Positions 33,827 through 44,904 of a stretch of DNA of 64,000 nucleotides are shown here, piece after piece. The stretch's first letter is position 1. Every line of letters begins with the position of its first letter. The notes beneath the pieces are model-generated. The model was not told the origin of the DNA. It made no database searches and saw only the letters and a program-made list of their open reading frames with translations. The DNA comes from an uncultured Actinomycetota bacterium (GTDB taxonomy: Bacteria; Actinomycetota; Actinomycetes; Propionibacteriales; Propionibacteriaceae). Made by a program: the position numbers and the translations under genes. The DNA lies in assembly GCA_963730505.1 (NCBI GenBank), contig CAVSSB010000031.1:26120-90119 (forward strand), in the 5' to 3' direction.

Positions 33827-35230
33827 TCAGGCTGCTCCGTAGATTGTTCGACCGTCGACGGTCTCCTTCTCCAGCCGGCGAGTCAGGTACAACCCTTCGA
33901 GCGTGAACTCAACCGCGGCCGCGACCTGCCCGCGCCCAGCCGCATCGTCGTAATCAAGGCGGGACAACACCTTGTACAGACCCGGCACGGCGCCCAGCTG
34001 CGCTAACAGATCAGACGCGGCGACCAGGTCACCCGTCTCCACGACGCCGCCCTGTGCGAAAACTCCTGTGAAGCCGGAGAGATCGAGACCTGACAACCGA
34101 TCACGGAACGTCGCCGCGACCGCGAGCCGCAGGAGATGGTCCAGCACGGTTCGTTCCCGGCCCTCCTCCCCCATCTCGAACTCGATCTTGCCTAGCAGCG
34201 TGGGAAGTACGACGGCAAGATCACAGGTGCGGGCGACGGCTGTTTCTTGATCGCGGGTACGGGCTGCACGCCGCAGTGCTGAAGCCGCCACCCCTTCTGC
34301 GGCTGCAATCGCAAACCGGGCGGAGATACCCGACCGCTGGTCCACGGAACTGGACTCCCGAAGGTTTCGTGTGAGACGCGCCAGTACTTCCAGCAGATGA
34401 TCACCAACCTCCGACACCAGCTTGGCTTCCTGGCGGATCAGAGTGACCTCATCGGCGAGGTCGGTGAGGTAGTGGGTACGCAACTCAGCGCCAAATCTGT
34501 CCTTCAGCGGAGTGATGATTCGGCCGCGATTCGTGTAGTCCTCTGGATTGGCCGTAGCAATCATGAAGATGTCGAGCGGCAGCCGTAGTGAGTAGCCGCG
34601 CACCTGGATATCCCGCTCCTCTAAGACGTTGAATAGAGCAACCTGGATGCGCTCGGCGAGGTCTGGCAGCTCGTTGAGACCGAACACGCCTCGATTTGCT
34701 CGAGGTACCAGTCCGTAATGCACGGTCTCCGGGTCCCCAAGTGTGCGACCCTGAGCCACCTTGACCGGGTCGACATCGCCGATCAAGTCGCCGACTGAAG
34801 TATCGGGCGTCGCCAGCTTCTCGGTGTAGCGTTCGTCGCGATGCCGCCAATCCACTGGCAACTCCTCGCCTAGCTCCGCCGCCAATGATCGACAGCGGAC
34901 ACACACCGGCGCAAACGGATCATCGTGAATCTCACATCCGGCTACGTGCGGGCTCCACTCATCGAGGAGCCCCGCCAATGTCCGCATCAGTCGAGTTTTG
35001 CCCTGACCGCGTTCGCCGAGTATCACCAGGTCGTGGCCAGCCAGTACGGCGCTTTCCAGCTCAGGCAGCACCGTGTCGTCGAAGCCGACGATGCCAGGAA
35101 AAGCGGTCGTCCCCGAGCGGAGTCGTTCCAGCAGGTTCTCGCGGAGCTCCGCCTTGGTGCGGCGACTCACATATCCCGATTCCCGGAGCTCGCCACGTGT
35201 GGCTGGCTTCCGATGCAGAGGCTCGCGCAT
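33827..35230 (-). CDS. Mg-chelatase/MoxR-like AAA+ ATPase
   Basis: GERGQGKT Walker A, NELPDL, TANPEDYTNRG; paired with the VWA gene. Confidence 0.88.
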   Translation of the reverse strand: MREPLHRKPATRGELRESGYVSRRTKAELRENLLERLRSGTTAFPGIVGFDDTVLPELESAVLAGHDLVILGERGQGKTRLMRTLAGLLDEWSPHVAGCEIHDDPFAPVCVRCRSLAAELGEELPVDWRHRDERYTEKLATPDTSVGDLIGDVDPVKVAQGRTLGDPETVHYGLVPRANRGVFGLNELPDLAERIQVALFNVLEERDIQVRGYSLRLPLDIFMIATANPEDYTNRGRIITPLKDRFGAELRTHYLTDLADEVTLIRQEAKLVSEVGDHLLEVLARLTRNLRESSSVDQRSGISARFAIAAAEGVAASALRRAARTRDQETAVARTCDLAVVLPTLLGKIEFEMGEEGRERTVLDHLLRLAVAATFRDRLSGLDLSGFTGVFAQGGVVETGDLVAASDLLAQLGAVPGLYKVLSRLDYDDAAGRGQVAAAVEFTLEGLYLTRRLEKETVDGRTIYGAA

Positions 35231-35337
35231 GGACCGACAGTACGACCCGACCCAAGCTGGCCGGGCCTCCTGGCTCGCCGGTGCGCCGAGCGCCTCCCCC
35301 AACTCCTAGGTCCGGAAGAGTAAGTTGACTGGAACGA

Positions 35338-36636
35338 ATGCCGCACGAGGAGCCGCCGCGACGGATGCGCACCGCACGACTGGTCGGACTCAGCCCAGAT
35401 GGGAAGTCCTTGATCGTGGCTACCGAGAGCGGTGAGGAGTTCATGATCGAGGCGGATGAGAGGCTCCGCGCGGCGCTGCGCGGAGATCGGCCGCGACTCG
35501 GACAACTGGAGATCGAGATGGAAACCTCACTCACCCCCCGCGACATTCAGGCGCGGATCCGGGCAGGCGACACCCTTGAGGATGTGGCCCGAGTGGCAGG
35601 CATTCCGATGGACAGGGTCGAGCGCTTCGCCGCGCCCGTCCTTGCCGAGCGCGAGCACGTCGCGTCGATGGCCATGGCATCCTCGGTACGCCGCCGCGGC
35701 GAGCCCTCCGGTCACCGCAGTCTGCGCATCACAGTCACCGAGCGGTTATTGGGGCGTGGAGTCGATCTCGACGCCATCCGGTGGGATTCCTATCGTCTGG
35801 ATGACGGCCGATGGGCCGTGACCGCGGATTATCGAGCGGGAGACGCAAGTCGGCACGCCTGGTTCTTTTACGACCTCCGGGGACGATTCTCCGTCGCGGC
35901 CAACGACGAGGCCAGGTGGCTGCTCGGCGATCAGCCCTCGTCACGAGGTCCGCAGCGAAGTCGCGCGCGACTGGCGGAGGAGTCCGAAGGTGATACTGAG
36001 CCAACACTTGTCAGCGACAAGCTCGCCCTTGCGCAGGCGGCTCATGATGCCGCGCGAAGCCAGCCAGCCGATGAGCAGTCAGCTGAGGAGGAAGCGGATG
36101 AGCCGACCGTTGCAGTGGCCCGGGCGCTGCGCCCAGTGGCGGACGTGCCCATTGCAAGTGAGGTAGCCGATCAAGCACCTGAGGCGTCGCCAATTGGGAC
36201 GCTCTACGAGTTGCTGAGCGGCGACGGCTACAGCGAGGATTCACCTCGGGTGTACGGGGGTCTGAGCGACGCAACGGCGGTACCTGAGACCGACACCGTT
36301 ACCGATGGCGGGTGGGAGCCGGCCATTGTGATCAACTATCCGGTCGAGCCGAGCATGCACGACGAAGGGGTCATCGACACGCCGGGAACCGAGGAGCATT
36401 CCCCGAGCCTTTTCACGGCGACGACGACCGAGCCTGACTTGCCAGGCACCGACGAGCCCGGGCCACCCGATCTGCCTGCGAACCTGGACGATCGAACTGA
36501 TGAGGCCCATGAGTTCGAGATTGAGTCGCTGGTACACGTCGACACACCGCCGGACCGAAAGAACGTCAAGCGGAAGCGAGCCTCCGTGCCGAGCTGGGAC
36601 GAGATCATGTTCGGCGGACCCAAGCGTCAAAGCTAG
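35338..36636 (+). CDS. sepH: Septation protein SepH (DUF3071)
   Basis: LTPRDIQARIRAG, VERFAAPVLAERE, disordered linker, C-terminal KRASVPSWDEIMFG. Confidence 0.9.
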   Translation: MPHEEPPRRMRTARLVGLSPDGKSLIVATESGEEFMIEADERLRAALRGDRPRLGQLEIEMETSLTPRDIQARIRAGDTLEDVARVAGIPMDRVERFAAPVLAEREHVASMAMASSVRRRGEPSGHRSLRITVTERLLGRGVDLDAIRWDSYRLDDGRWAVTADYRAGDASRHAWFFYDLRGRFSVAANDEARWLLGDQPSSRGPQRSRARLAEESEGDTEPTLVSDKLALAQAAHDAARSQPADEQSAEEEADEPTVAVARALRPVADVPIASEVADQAPEASPIGTLYELLSGDGYSEDSPRVYGGLSDATAVPETDTVTDGGWEPAIVINYPVEPSMHDEGVIDTPGTEEHSPSLFTATTTEPDLPGTDEPGPPDLPANLDDRTDEAHEFEIESLVHVDTPPDRKNVKRKRASVPSWDEIMFGGPKRQS

Positions 36637-36657
36637 TCCTTTCCAGGGCACTAGCTG

Positions 36658-37506
36658 TCAGGGACCCGTTCCAGTAGCAATCGGGCGGCTCGGGTCGTTG
36701 ATCCAGTCACTCCATGAGCCCGGATACAGAGTTGCGGTCACCCCAGCAGACTCCAGCGCCAGCAGACTGTGCGAGGCGGTGATCCCGGAGCCGCAGTACA
36801 ACACGGCACCGTCGGTGCCGCCAGCTTCGGCGTACAACCTGACAATCTCGCCCGGTGGCAGGAACCGACCGTCGGCGTGCACGTGTGACAGCCAAGGCAA
36901 GTTGATCGCTCCCGGGATATGGCCGGCAACCGGGTCGACTGGCTCGTTCTCTCCGGAGTAGCGCTCAGCAGTGCGTACATCCACCAGGGTGGGAGCGTCC
37001 GGCCTTCCAAGCAGCGCACAGATTTCCGCCGCCTCCAGTTGTGTTCTTTTGCCAGGGTGTGCGACAAAATCACCTGGCGCCGGCAGCGTACCGCGGCCCG
37101 AGAGTGTCGGCAGCCCGGCGGCCCTCCAAGCAGCGAAACCGCCATTGAGCACCCTGACGCTTTGATGTCCGGCATCAGTCAATAGCCACCACAGGCGCGA
37201 CGCGGCTTGCGAATTGGCCGCATCGTAGATGACAACCAGCGAATTCTGGTACACGCCGATTTGCCGCATCGCCTGCTCGAAAATCGCAGCCGTTGGGAGC
37301 GGGTGACGACCACCGACGCCTGGCGGGCCGGCGAGCTGCGTCTCGAGATCCACCCAGACCGCCCCAGGAATATGGCTGGCTTCAAAATCAGGCTTGCCGG
37401 GCGGTCCGCCTAGCGTCCAGCGCACGTCGGCGACCACGGGAGGCTGGTCGGAGTCAAGCAAGTCAGCCAACTCCCGAGCAGAGATCAAGACGGCTTCAGA
37501 GCTCAT
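36658..37506 (-). CDS. Sulfurtransferase (tandem rhodanese)
   Basis: HIPGA, GRHPLP, LNGG, GHIPGA, YCGSGITA, YPGSWSDW. Confidence 0.92.
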   Translation of the reverse strand: MSSEAVLISARELADLLDSDQPPVVADVRWTLGGPPGKPDFEASHIPGAVWVDLETQLAGPPGVGGRHPLPTAAIFEQAMRQIGVYQNSLVVIYDAANSQAASRLWWLLTDAGHQSVRVLNGGFAAWRAAGLPTLSGRGTLPAPGDFVAHPGKRTQLEAAEICALLGRPDAPTLVDVRTAERYSGENEPVDPVAGHIPGAINLPWLSHVHADGRFLPPGEIVRLYAEAGGTDGAVLYCGSGITASHSLLALESAGVTATLYPGSWSDWINDPSRPIATGTGP

Positions 37507-37678
37507 CGTCGGCTGTCTCCTCGGCAAGCGGAAGCGGATCAGAGAGGGTGGCCTGCGCCACAGCTCGTGTCAGCCGCCGCCGGTGATGCCGGCGGCACAA
37601 CACCTCGTACGCGAGCTGCAAGGCAAGGGTCGACTTACCGCAGGCCATCGGTCCGGTGAAATAGCAGAGCTCAGCCAC
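37496..37678 (-). pseudogene. tdk: Thymidine kinase remnant with a large in-frame internal deletion
   Basis: 60 aa: N-terminal P-loop FTGPMACGKSTLALQ joined directly to the TK C-terminal motif YEVLCRRHH. Confidence 0.75.
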
Positions 37679-37714
37679 GCCGGAATCCTGCCATTGCCAA
37701 CCGAGGTCGAGGCC

Positions 37715-38893
37715 TTAGGCCACGAGAAGTGGCACGAGCATCTCGTCGGGCGTCAGTGATCCATGCATGCCGATCAGGGTGTACTCGCGTGGGAAGGCAC
37801 TCGTCATGACCGCCCAGTCCCCACGCAGGGCAACCAGCACATGTCCCCAGCGCTCCCGGAGTTGATCATCTATCGCCGCGAACCAGCCTTCGTCGATCGC
37901 CTCGTCCCGGGTCCGTACCCAAGCAAGATCACCGAGTCGGTCGCGCCATCGGTCCGCCACCCGACGCGGCGGTTCGTGATCAACATAGAGCTGTCGGAAG
38001 CGACCCTCGCCGGCAAGCGCGGACAGACCCGCCATAAGTGCTGGATCATCCTCGGCGACGATTCGCTGATCCGAGGGGATGTCAACCATGCCATGGTCGG
38101 CGGTAATGATCACCGTCACTTGAGGAGGCAAGGCAGCGCGTAGCCGCTCGCACATCGCATCGATTCGCGCTAGCTGCTGGAGCCAGTTAGCTGAACCGCA
38201 CCCGTGCACGTGACCGAAATGATCAAGTTCACGCTCGTAGGCGTAGACCACGCTGCAATCGCCGCGCATGGCTGCCTCAGCGATCAGCGCGATCCGCAGT
38301 TCCTCGGCACTTTCGTCGGAGAACGGGACAAAGGCGGCTCCACGAAGCGCCGACTCGGTCAACCCGGTGCCTTGGAACCGCGCCAAGGCGACTGTGGTGA
38401 CCGCGATTCCAGTCTTTGCCGCGTGCTCGAAAAATGTCGGCTTGGATTGATAGACCGTGGGAACCACATCCGATTCCCACGTCAAGGCATTCAAAATCTC
38501 GCCGGTCGACGGTACTCGCGAGGTGTAGCCGACCAGCCCATGCTGCCCGGGCGGCTGCCCGGTCCCCAGACTTCCGAGGCTGGTCACCGTGGTACTCGGC
38601 ACCGCGGACGTGATCGGCTGCGCGCCTCCCAAGAGTGAGGCGAAGAACGGGGCCGCCATAACCGCCCTGCGTAGCAAGTTCCAGCCGAGTCCGTCGATCA
38701 GCACGACGACGTAACGGGCTGACTCTGGCAACCCAAACGCATCCTCGGTGTAACCAGGCACATCCAGGTGCGAACCAATGCTCGGCATCAGTTCACCGAG
38801 GGTTGTGGACTGGTAAGCCGGAACAACCATCTCGGGCAGTGGCTGGCTGGCCGGCACCTCTGGCGAAGACCACCCCACTGCGGGTGAGGTCAT
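37715..38893 (-). CDS. Alkaline phosphatase / nucleotide pyrophosphatase family protein
   Basis: VLIDGLG, PSTT...TG, HGLVGY, LDHFGH, ITADHGM, HGSLT. Confidence 0.9.
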   Translation of the reverse strand: MTSPAVGWSSPEVPASQPLPEMVVPAYQSTTLGELMPSIGSHLDVPGYTEDAFGLPESARYVVVLIDGLGWNLLRRAVMAAPFFASLLGGAQPITSAVPSTTVTSLGSLGTGQPPGQHGLVGYTSRVPSTGEILNALTWESDVVPTVYQSKPTFFEHAAKTGIAVTTVALARFQGTGLTESALRGAAFVPFSDESAEELRIALIAEAAMRGDCSVVYAYERELDHFGHVHGCGSANWLQQLARIDAMCERLRAALPPQVTVIITADHGMVDIPSDQRIVAEDDPALMAGLSALAGEGRFRQLYVDHEPPRRVADRWRDRLGDLAWVRTRDEAIDEGWFAAIDDQLRERWGHVLVALRGDWAVMTSAFPREYTLIGMHGSLTPDEMLVPLLVA

Positions 38894-39477
38894 ACTGCAG
38901 CCGCTCGCTGAAGTGAGCTGGCGAACTGCACCAGGCGCGCGACTCGATCCGAACCATCGGCTGCCGCGCTCATCCGCACGGTCAAGTCGTCGCCGACCAG
39001 GGTCCCGGTGTATCCATGATCAGCCTCGCACTGCGGATCGCTGCAGGTGGCGAGCTCGAGGTCGATGCGACGTACCGCTCCCCAACCCACCGACAGCCAG
39101 GTCTCGAAGACATCCTCCGAGCCAGCCTGATACGACGCCGGCTGGGTAAGGACACGAGTCAAGGCAACGGTGTTGATCTTGCTCAGCGCCACTGACTCCG
39201 TGGAGGAGGCCGCGTAGATCCCCGATGCCGGAGGCTCTGCAGGCTGGTCGTCGGTATGGCCGATCACAAGTCGGGCGGGGGTGAGCGCAAGCACCGTGAC
39301 ATGGCGGTGGATCTCGTCGCGGTTGAACGTCGGCTCGTGGTGCACCACGAAATCCAGCAGCTCCTCATCTGCGAGGGCGATCATGATTGCGTCCTCGACA
39401 AGTTCCGGGAAGTATCCGCACGCATCGATTTCGGCGCGCAGATCTTTCCTCGTGGAGCCAATCCTCATGCCGATCAT
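38890..39477 (-). CDS. DUF5998 family protein
   Basis: GYFPELV, HHEPTF.RDE..RH, L.VGWG...RIDLE.A.C.DPQCEADHGYTG; start uncertain. Confidence 0.8.
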   Translation of the reverse strand: MIGMRIGSTRKDLRAEIDACGYFPELVEDAIMIALADEELLDFVVHHEPTFNRDEIHRHVTVLALTPARLVIGHTDDQPAEPPASGIYAASSTESVALSKINTVALTRVLTQPASYQAGSEDVFETWLSVGWGAVRRIDLELATCSDPQCEADHGYTGTLVGDDLTVRMSAAADGSDRVARLVQFASSLQRAAAV

Positions 39478-39552
39478 CCTGCCACGCACTACCCACACTC
39501 CGCGTTGATCGGCTGCTGATTGCTGCGGCACCGGCAGATTGCCCACTGCGCG

Positions 39553-39567
39553 CTGAGCCTGTCGAAG
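39553..39567. repeat. Single arm of the REP-like repeat
   Basis: CTGAGCCTGTCGAAG, identical to 10425-10439, 10 bp past the stop of the GNAT/acyl-CoA gene. Confidence 0.6.
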
Positions 39568-39576
39568 TGCATCGAA

Positions 39577-42321
39577 CTAGAGGACGCGGGCCAGGGGGTC
39601 GCGTTGATCCGCTGTGGGTGTGATGAACACTCGCGCGCCCAGTACCGAAATTGAGCCAACTGAGGCAACACAGGGCCGGAGGGTGACTGAGGCCAGCTGG
39701 GGAATTGCGTCGGCCAGTTGCGCTATCCGGTGCAGTATGTCCTCAATCCCGGCAATGTCGACTCCAGGCGCCCCGTAGCGACCAAACAGCGTCGGGGCAG
39801 CCTTTAACTCCCGTACCATTTCCGCGGCATCAACCGCTGTCAGTGGTGGCACGCGGTAGACGGTGTCGCCGAGCAACTCGCTAGGAATGCCGTCCAGACC
39901 GATCGAGATGATAGGCCCGAACGCGGCATCCTCGCGACTGGTGATCATCAATGCCACGCCGGGTGGCGCCATGGCTTGGACGACCGGCATCGCTACTGAC
40001 AGGTCTTCGTCGTTGCCAAGGCCGATCTCTGCTATGAGTTGTCGTAGATCTTTCCAGGCGGCGACCATCTCTGCGGCGTTGTCGATGTTGCGGTGCACGC
40101 TGGCGAGATCTGGTCGACCGCGTACGGCGCTACTGGTGGCCTTCAGTACGACATTCCAGCCCAGCTGATCACCAGCCGTAACTGCATCGTCCAAGCTAGC
40201 GACTGCGAACTGCGGCATCAGATTGATCCCGTACGTACCGAGCAGCTCAGCGGCCTCGGTCTCCGTCAGCTCACGACCGGCCGGCTGCGTCGCCAGGATG
40301 CGATTGACCAAAGGCTTTGCGGCTTGGGTATCCACCTCCACCATCGGCACTGCGCCAGGGTCCCGGCGACACCACCCCGCGTAGCTGGTCAGGGCGGCCA
40401 GCGCCTGGATGGCATCGACCGATCCATCAAATCTGGGCAGCATCCCCGGTGCGTCCGGTTCGCCGCTGCTCATTAACGGCGGATGGAAGTCCAAAAACAC
40501 CCCGATCAGCGGCTTGGAGGCTTCCGCAGCGACGTCCTCCAGAGCCAGAATGATCTCCTCTGTGCCCTCATCGAAAGCATTCACCGCCGCGCAAACCACC
40601 GAGTCATAACGCTGGTCAGCTAGCGCCGCACGTGCTGCCAAGACAAACTCCGCCGCGCGCGCCTCGGCTCCGAGCAGCTCTGGCTGAGGGTCGCGGAGCA
40701 AGCCGACTGACTCCATCTTCTGCAGCATCTGGTGAGTGAGCGTCAGGGAATTGCTGATGATCCGCACTCGCGGGCCGGACGGCAACGGCTGTCGTGCGGC
40801 GATCTTGGCAATGTCGATCATGTCACCGCGGCGATGCACCACCATGATGCCGGCCTGCCGGAAGAGCGCATCTACTGCCTCATCCGCGGCATGGCCAAGC
40901 CCGCCTCGTACGCCAGCATGATCAGCTCGATGGGTACGCCCGGGCGCGAACACGACGACCGGCTTATTGCGGGCCAGCTGCCGGGTGATTCGAGAGAATT
41001 TTCTCGGGTTGCCGATCGAGTCCAACGTCAGCAGGCAGACCCGTGTGGCCTCGTCGTCCCCCCAGTACTGCATCACGTCGTTGGCAGTTACGTCGGCATA
41101 GTCACCGGTACTGATGAAGCACGAGAGACCTAGGTCCTGACGTACGGCGTCGTTGAGCAAGGCGACACCGACAGCCGCTGACTGACAGAACAACCCCACT
41201 CCCCCGGCGCGAGGCATGGGTGCAGGCGTTGCGTTCAACTGAACAGAGGGCAAGGTGTTGATGATGCCGAGAGCGTCCGGACCAAGCGCGCGGATTCCAT
41301 ACGCCCGGGCCAGATTGATGATCTTGAGATTGTCGCCCGGGACGTAGTCGGTTCCGGTCAGCACCACCATGCCGTGAGCGCCCTGGTGTGCCGCCTCGAT
41401 GACGACTGCACCCAGCTGGTTTGTTGGCACTGAGACGATCGCCAGGTCCAGATCGCCCGGTACCGCGGCGATGGAGGCAGCGTTGGGCACGCCAGCAACC
41501 AGAGCACCATCAATGCTGACTGCAACCACCTCGCCGCGATAGCCGCCGTGCACGATCGAATTGATCAAGTCGCGTACTCGATCATCCTGTCCGTACACCG
41601 CGATCCGCTGCGGATTCAGCAGCCGTCGTACCGAGGCACTCTCGGCACGGTGCTCGCGGCGTTCCATGACGCCAACCGAGGTGTCGGTGGGCAAGATCGG
41701 AAACTCGACCGCGAGCACGCCATCTTCGACGCCCTTCGATATGCGGTAGCCGGCGTCGGCAAACACCTTGGCCATCCGCCGGTTCTGCGGTAGCACCTCG
41801 GCGACGAAGCGTGTGATTCCGCGTTCTCGAGCAGCCTGCGCGAGATGCTCCAACAACAGCTGAGCGATCCCGCGGCCCTGGTGGGCATCTTCGATCAGGA
41901 ACGCTACCTCAGCATGATCACCTTCAGTGCGGTCATAGCGCCCCACCGCGATCATGTCCTCACCGAGCGTGACGATGAACGCCACCCGATCCACGTAATC
42001 GACCTCGGTGAACAGCTTGACGTCCCGATCAGTCAGCTGCGGATAAGGCACGAAGAAGCGGAGGTACTTCGACTCCGGCGAGACCCGTTCGTAGAAAGCG
42101 ACCAGCCGCTCTGCATCGGATGGCCGGATCGGGCGCAAATGCGCCACGCCGCCGTCGGCCAGCAAGATGTCGGCTTCCCACTCTCGCGGGTATCCGGGCG
42201 GGTCCGCGTCAATATTTCCCGGGGCCTGGCTCACGGACACGGCCAAAAGCCTACGCAGATGATGTTGCGACGAAGTGTCGAGGGCATCAGTCGACTCCAG
42301 GGGCGCCGCGCGAACGCCCAA
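39577..42321 (-). CDS. GNAT plus acyl-CoA synthetase (NDP-forming)-like fusion, protein lysine acetyltransferase type
   Basis: N-terminal GNAT (EVAFLIEDAHQGRG), CoA-binding and succinyl-CoA ligase-like domains, ATP-grasp-like C-terminus; start may be GTG about 42240. Confidence 0.85.
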   Translation of the reverse strand: MGVRAAPLESTDALDTSSQHHLRRLLAVSVSQAPGNIDADPPGYPREWEADILLADGGVAHLRPIRPSDAERLVAFYERVSPESKYLRFFVPYPQLTDRDVKLFTEVDYVDRVAFIVTLGEDMIAVGRYDRTEGDHAEVAFLIEDAHQGRGIAQLLLEHLAQAARERGITRFVAEVLPQNRRMAKVFADAGYRISKGVEDGVLAVEFPILPTDTSVGVMERREHRAESASVRRLLNPQRIAVYGQDDRVRDLINSIVHGGYRGEVVAVSIDGALVAGVPNAASIAAVPGDLDLAIVSVPTNQLGAVVIEAAHQGAHGMVVLTGTDYVPGDNLKIINLARAYGIRALGPDALGIINTLPSVQLNATPAPMPRAGGVGLFCQSAAVGVALLNDAVRQDLGLSCFISTGDYADVTANDVMQYWGDDEATRVCLLTLDSIGNPRKFSRITRQLARNKPVVVFAPGRTHRADHAGVRGGLGHAADEAVDALFRQAGIMVVHRRGDMIDIAKIAARQPLPSGPRVRIISNSLTLTHQMLQKMESVGLLRDPQPELLGAEARAAEFVLAARAALADQRYDSVVCAAVNAFDEGTEEIILALEDVAAEASKPLIGVFLDFHPPLMSSGEPDAPGMLPRFDGSVDAIQALAALTSYAGWCRRDPGAVPMVEVDTQAAKPLVNRILATQPAGRELTETEAAELLGTYGINLMPQFAVASLDDAVTAGDQLGWNVVLKATSSAVRGRPDLASVHRNIDNAAEMVAAWKDLRQLIAEIGLGNDEDLSVAMPVVQAMAPPGVALMITSREDAAFGPIISIGLDGIPSELLGDTVYRVPPLTAVDAAEMVRELKAAPTLFGRYGAPGVDIAGIEDILHRIAQLADAIPQLASVTLRPCVASVGSISVLGARVFITPTADQRDPLARVL

Positions 42322-42337
42322 GGAATAGTGTCAGCGC

Positions 42338-43852
42338 ATGGCCGACTTCGTCGCTGCAATCGATCAGGGTACGACGAGCACTCGCTGTATGATCTTCGAC
42401 CACTCAGGGCGCGAGGTCGGGAAGTACCAGCTCGAGCACCAGCAGATCCTGCCCCAAGCAGGATGGGTGGAGCACGATCCAACCGAGATCTGGCAGCGCA
42501 CTCAAGAGGTCGTCCAGCGCGCCCTGGCAGAGGGCGATCTTGGTGCCACCGACCTGGCGGGGCTCGGGATCACCAACCAGCGTGAAACGACGGTTGTCTG
42601 GGATCCCGACACCGGGGAGCCATACGGGAACGCGATCGTCTGGCAGGACACCCGTACGGACAAGATCGCCGCCGAACTTGATAGTGATGGCCGTGGTGAT
42701 GTCATCCGGCAGCGGGCCGGCCTACCTCCTGCCACCTACTTTTCCGGCGGAAAGTTGCAATGGATCTTGGAGAATGTCGACGGGGTTCGGGAGGCCGCCG
42801 GCCGCGGCCGCGCCAAATTCGGAACTACCGACAGCTGGCTGTTGTGGAATCTGACCGGCGGCGTTGACGGCGGTCAGCATGTCACCGACGTGACCAATGC
42901 CAGCCGCACCATGCTGATGGATCTAGAGACGTTGGACTGGGATCAAGAGTTGCTGAGTTTCTTCGGGATCCCGCGGGAGATGCTGCCCAGTATTGTGCCG
43001 TCCTCCGATGCCGCGGCGTACCAGCGCACCCGTGCCGACGGCCCGTTCGGCGCCGAGGTGCCGATCGGTGGTGATCTTGGGGACCAACAGGCTGCCATGG
43101 TCGGCCAGGTCTGCCTGCGGGCCGGCGATGCCAAGAACACTTACGGCACTGGCAACTTCCTACTTCTCAACACCGGCGAGCAGCTGTACCGCTCGAGCAA
43201 TGGCCTGCTCAGCACCGTGTGTTACAAGTTCGGCGACGCCGCGCCGGTTTACGCCCTCGAGGGCTCCATCGCCGTCACTGGCTCCGCCGTGCAATGGCTG
43301 CGCGACCAGCTCAAGATCATTCGTGATGCCGCAGAGATCGAGACGCTGGCGAGCCAGGTCGACTCTTCCGCACATATGTATTTTGTGCCCGCGTTCTCCG
43401 GACTCTTCGCGCCCTATTGGCGTTCTGATGCCCGCGGTGTCATTGTCGGCCTCTCCCGCTTCCATACCCGAGAGCACATCGCCCGAGCGACGCTAGAAGC
43501 AATCTGCTACCAGAGTCGTGATGTCGTGGAGGCAATGGAAAAGGATGCCGGTGTTCAACTCGACGAACTCAAAGTTGACGGAGGCGTCACCGCAAACACA
43601 CTCTGCATGCAGATTCAGGCCGATACGCTCGGCGTCGAGGTGAGCAAGCCGGTAGTGGCAGAGACGACTGCACTGGGTGCGGCGTACGCGGCCGGTTTGG
43701 CCACAGGCTTCTGGGCGTCACCAGACGAGCTCCGGGAAAACTGGCTGGAGGACAAGCGTTGGGTCCCGCAGATCAGCGAAGAGGAACGGGCGGCGGGTTA
43801 CGCAGAGTGGAAGAAGGCTGTGCAACGGACGCTGGACTGGATCCAGGTCTAG
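42338..43852 (+). CDS. glpK: Glycerol kinase
   Basis: [39 protein letters not shown]. Confidence 0.97.
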   Translation: MADFVAAIDQGTTSTRCMIFDHSGREVGKYQLEHQQILPQAGWVEHDPTEIWQRTQEVVQRALAEGDLGATDLAGLGITNQRETTVVWDPDTGEPYGNAIVWQDTRTDKIAAELDSDGRGDVIRQRAGLPPATYFSGGKLQWILENVDGVREAAGRGRAKFGTTDSWLLWNLTGGVDGGQHVTDVTNASRTMLMDLETLDWDQELLSFFGIPREMLPSIVPSSDAAAYQRTRADGPFGAEVPIGGDLGDQQAAMVGQVCLRAGDAKNTYGTGNFLLLNTGEQLYRSSNGLLSTVCYKFGDAAPVYALEGSIAVTGSAVQWLRDQLKIIRDAAEIETLASQVDSSAHMYFVPAFSGLFAPYWRSDARGVIVGLSRFHTREHIARATLEAICYQSRDVVEAMEKDAGVQLDELKVDGGVTANTLCMQIQADTLGVEVSKPVVAETTALGAAYAAGLATGFWASPDELRENWLEDKRWVPQISEEERAAGYAEWKKAVQRTLDWIQV

Positions 43853-43879
43853 TGGGGTTTCGCATCAACGACTAGAGGA

Positions 43880-44896
43880 GTGGAGATGGGAACGGTGGCT
43901 CAGCCCAGGACCAAGGAATCGGTAGTCCCAGATCCCGCCCGCAATCTCGCGCTCGAGTTGGTCCGTGCTACGGAGGCGGCCGCGATCAATTGCTCCCGTT
44001 ACATGGGGTTCGGCGACAAGAACCAGGTGGACGCGGCAGCTGTTGACGCGATGCGCCCGGTGCTCGGTTCAGTGCGCATGAACGGCATTGTGGTGATCGG
44101 GGAGGGCGAGAAGGATGAAGCCCCCATGCTCTTCAACGGTGAGCGGGTCGGTGACGGCTCAGGACCGGAATGGGACATCGCTGTGGACCCGGTTGACGGC
44201 ACCACCCTGACCGCCAAGAGCCTGCCCGACGCTGTCAGCATTATCGGCGTTTCGCCCCGTGGCACGATGTTCTCCCCAGGTCCGGCCGTGTACATGCAGA
44301 AGTTGGTGGTCCCCGGCCACGCGGCGGCCGATGTCGATCTTGATGCGCCGATCGGAGACAACCTCGCCAAGGTCGCTGAGGCTACCGACCGCGCCGTCTC
44401 AGAACTTACGGTCTGCGTCCTCGACCGCCCACGGCACACCGAGCTTGTCGCGGCCATCCGCGCGGCTGGTGCTCGGATCAGATTCCTGCTCGACGGCGAT
44501 GTGGCTGGTGCGATCATGGCCGTCAGCCCTTCGACTGGAGTAGATCTGCTGGTTGGCGTCGGCGGCACCCCTGAGGGCGTGCTTGCCGCATGCGCGCTTC
44601 GCTGCCTTGGTGGCGAGATGTTCGGACGTTTGATCGCTCGGAACGACGATGAGCGGGCGGCAATCCTGGACGCTGGCTTCGACTTGGATCGGATACTCAG
44701 CACCACCGACCTGGTCTCCGGTGACAACGTGTTCTTTGCCGCCACAGGTGTCACCGACGGAGCATTGCTGCGGGGCGTGCGGTTCGAGAGCCACCGCATC
44801 GTGACCCAGTCACTGTCGATGCGGTCCCGCTCGGGCACGATCCGGCTGATCGAGAGTCGCCATGACCCGGAGCGTTCCTTCCTGGTCAACCCCTGA
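43880..44896 (+). CDS. glpX: Class II fructose-1,6-bisphosphatase
   Basis: VIGEGEKDEAPML, DPVDGTT, LDRPRH, DGDVAG, GGTPEGV. Confidence 0.96.
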   Translation: MEMGTVAQPRTKESVVPDPARNLALELVRATEAAAINCSRYMGFGDKNQVDAAAVDAMRPVLGSVRMNGIVVIGEGEKDEAPMLFNGERVGDGSGPEWDIAVDPVDGTTLTAKSLPDAVSIIGVSPRGTMFSPGPAVYMQKLVVPGHAAADVDLDAPIGDNLAKVAEATDRAVSELTVCVLDRPRHTELVAAIRAAGARIRFLLDGDVAGAIMAVSPSTGVDLLVGVGGTPEGVLAACALRCLGGEMFGRLIARNDDERAAILDAGFDLDRILSTTDLVSGDNVFFAATGVTDGALLRGVRFESHRIVTQSLSMRSRSGTIRLIESRHDPERSFLVNP

Positions 44897-44904
44897 CGAC
44901 GCCG

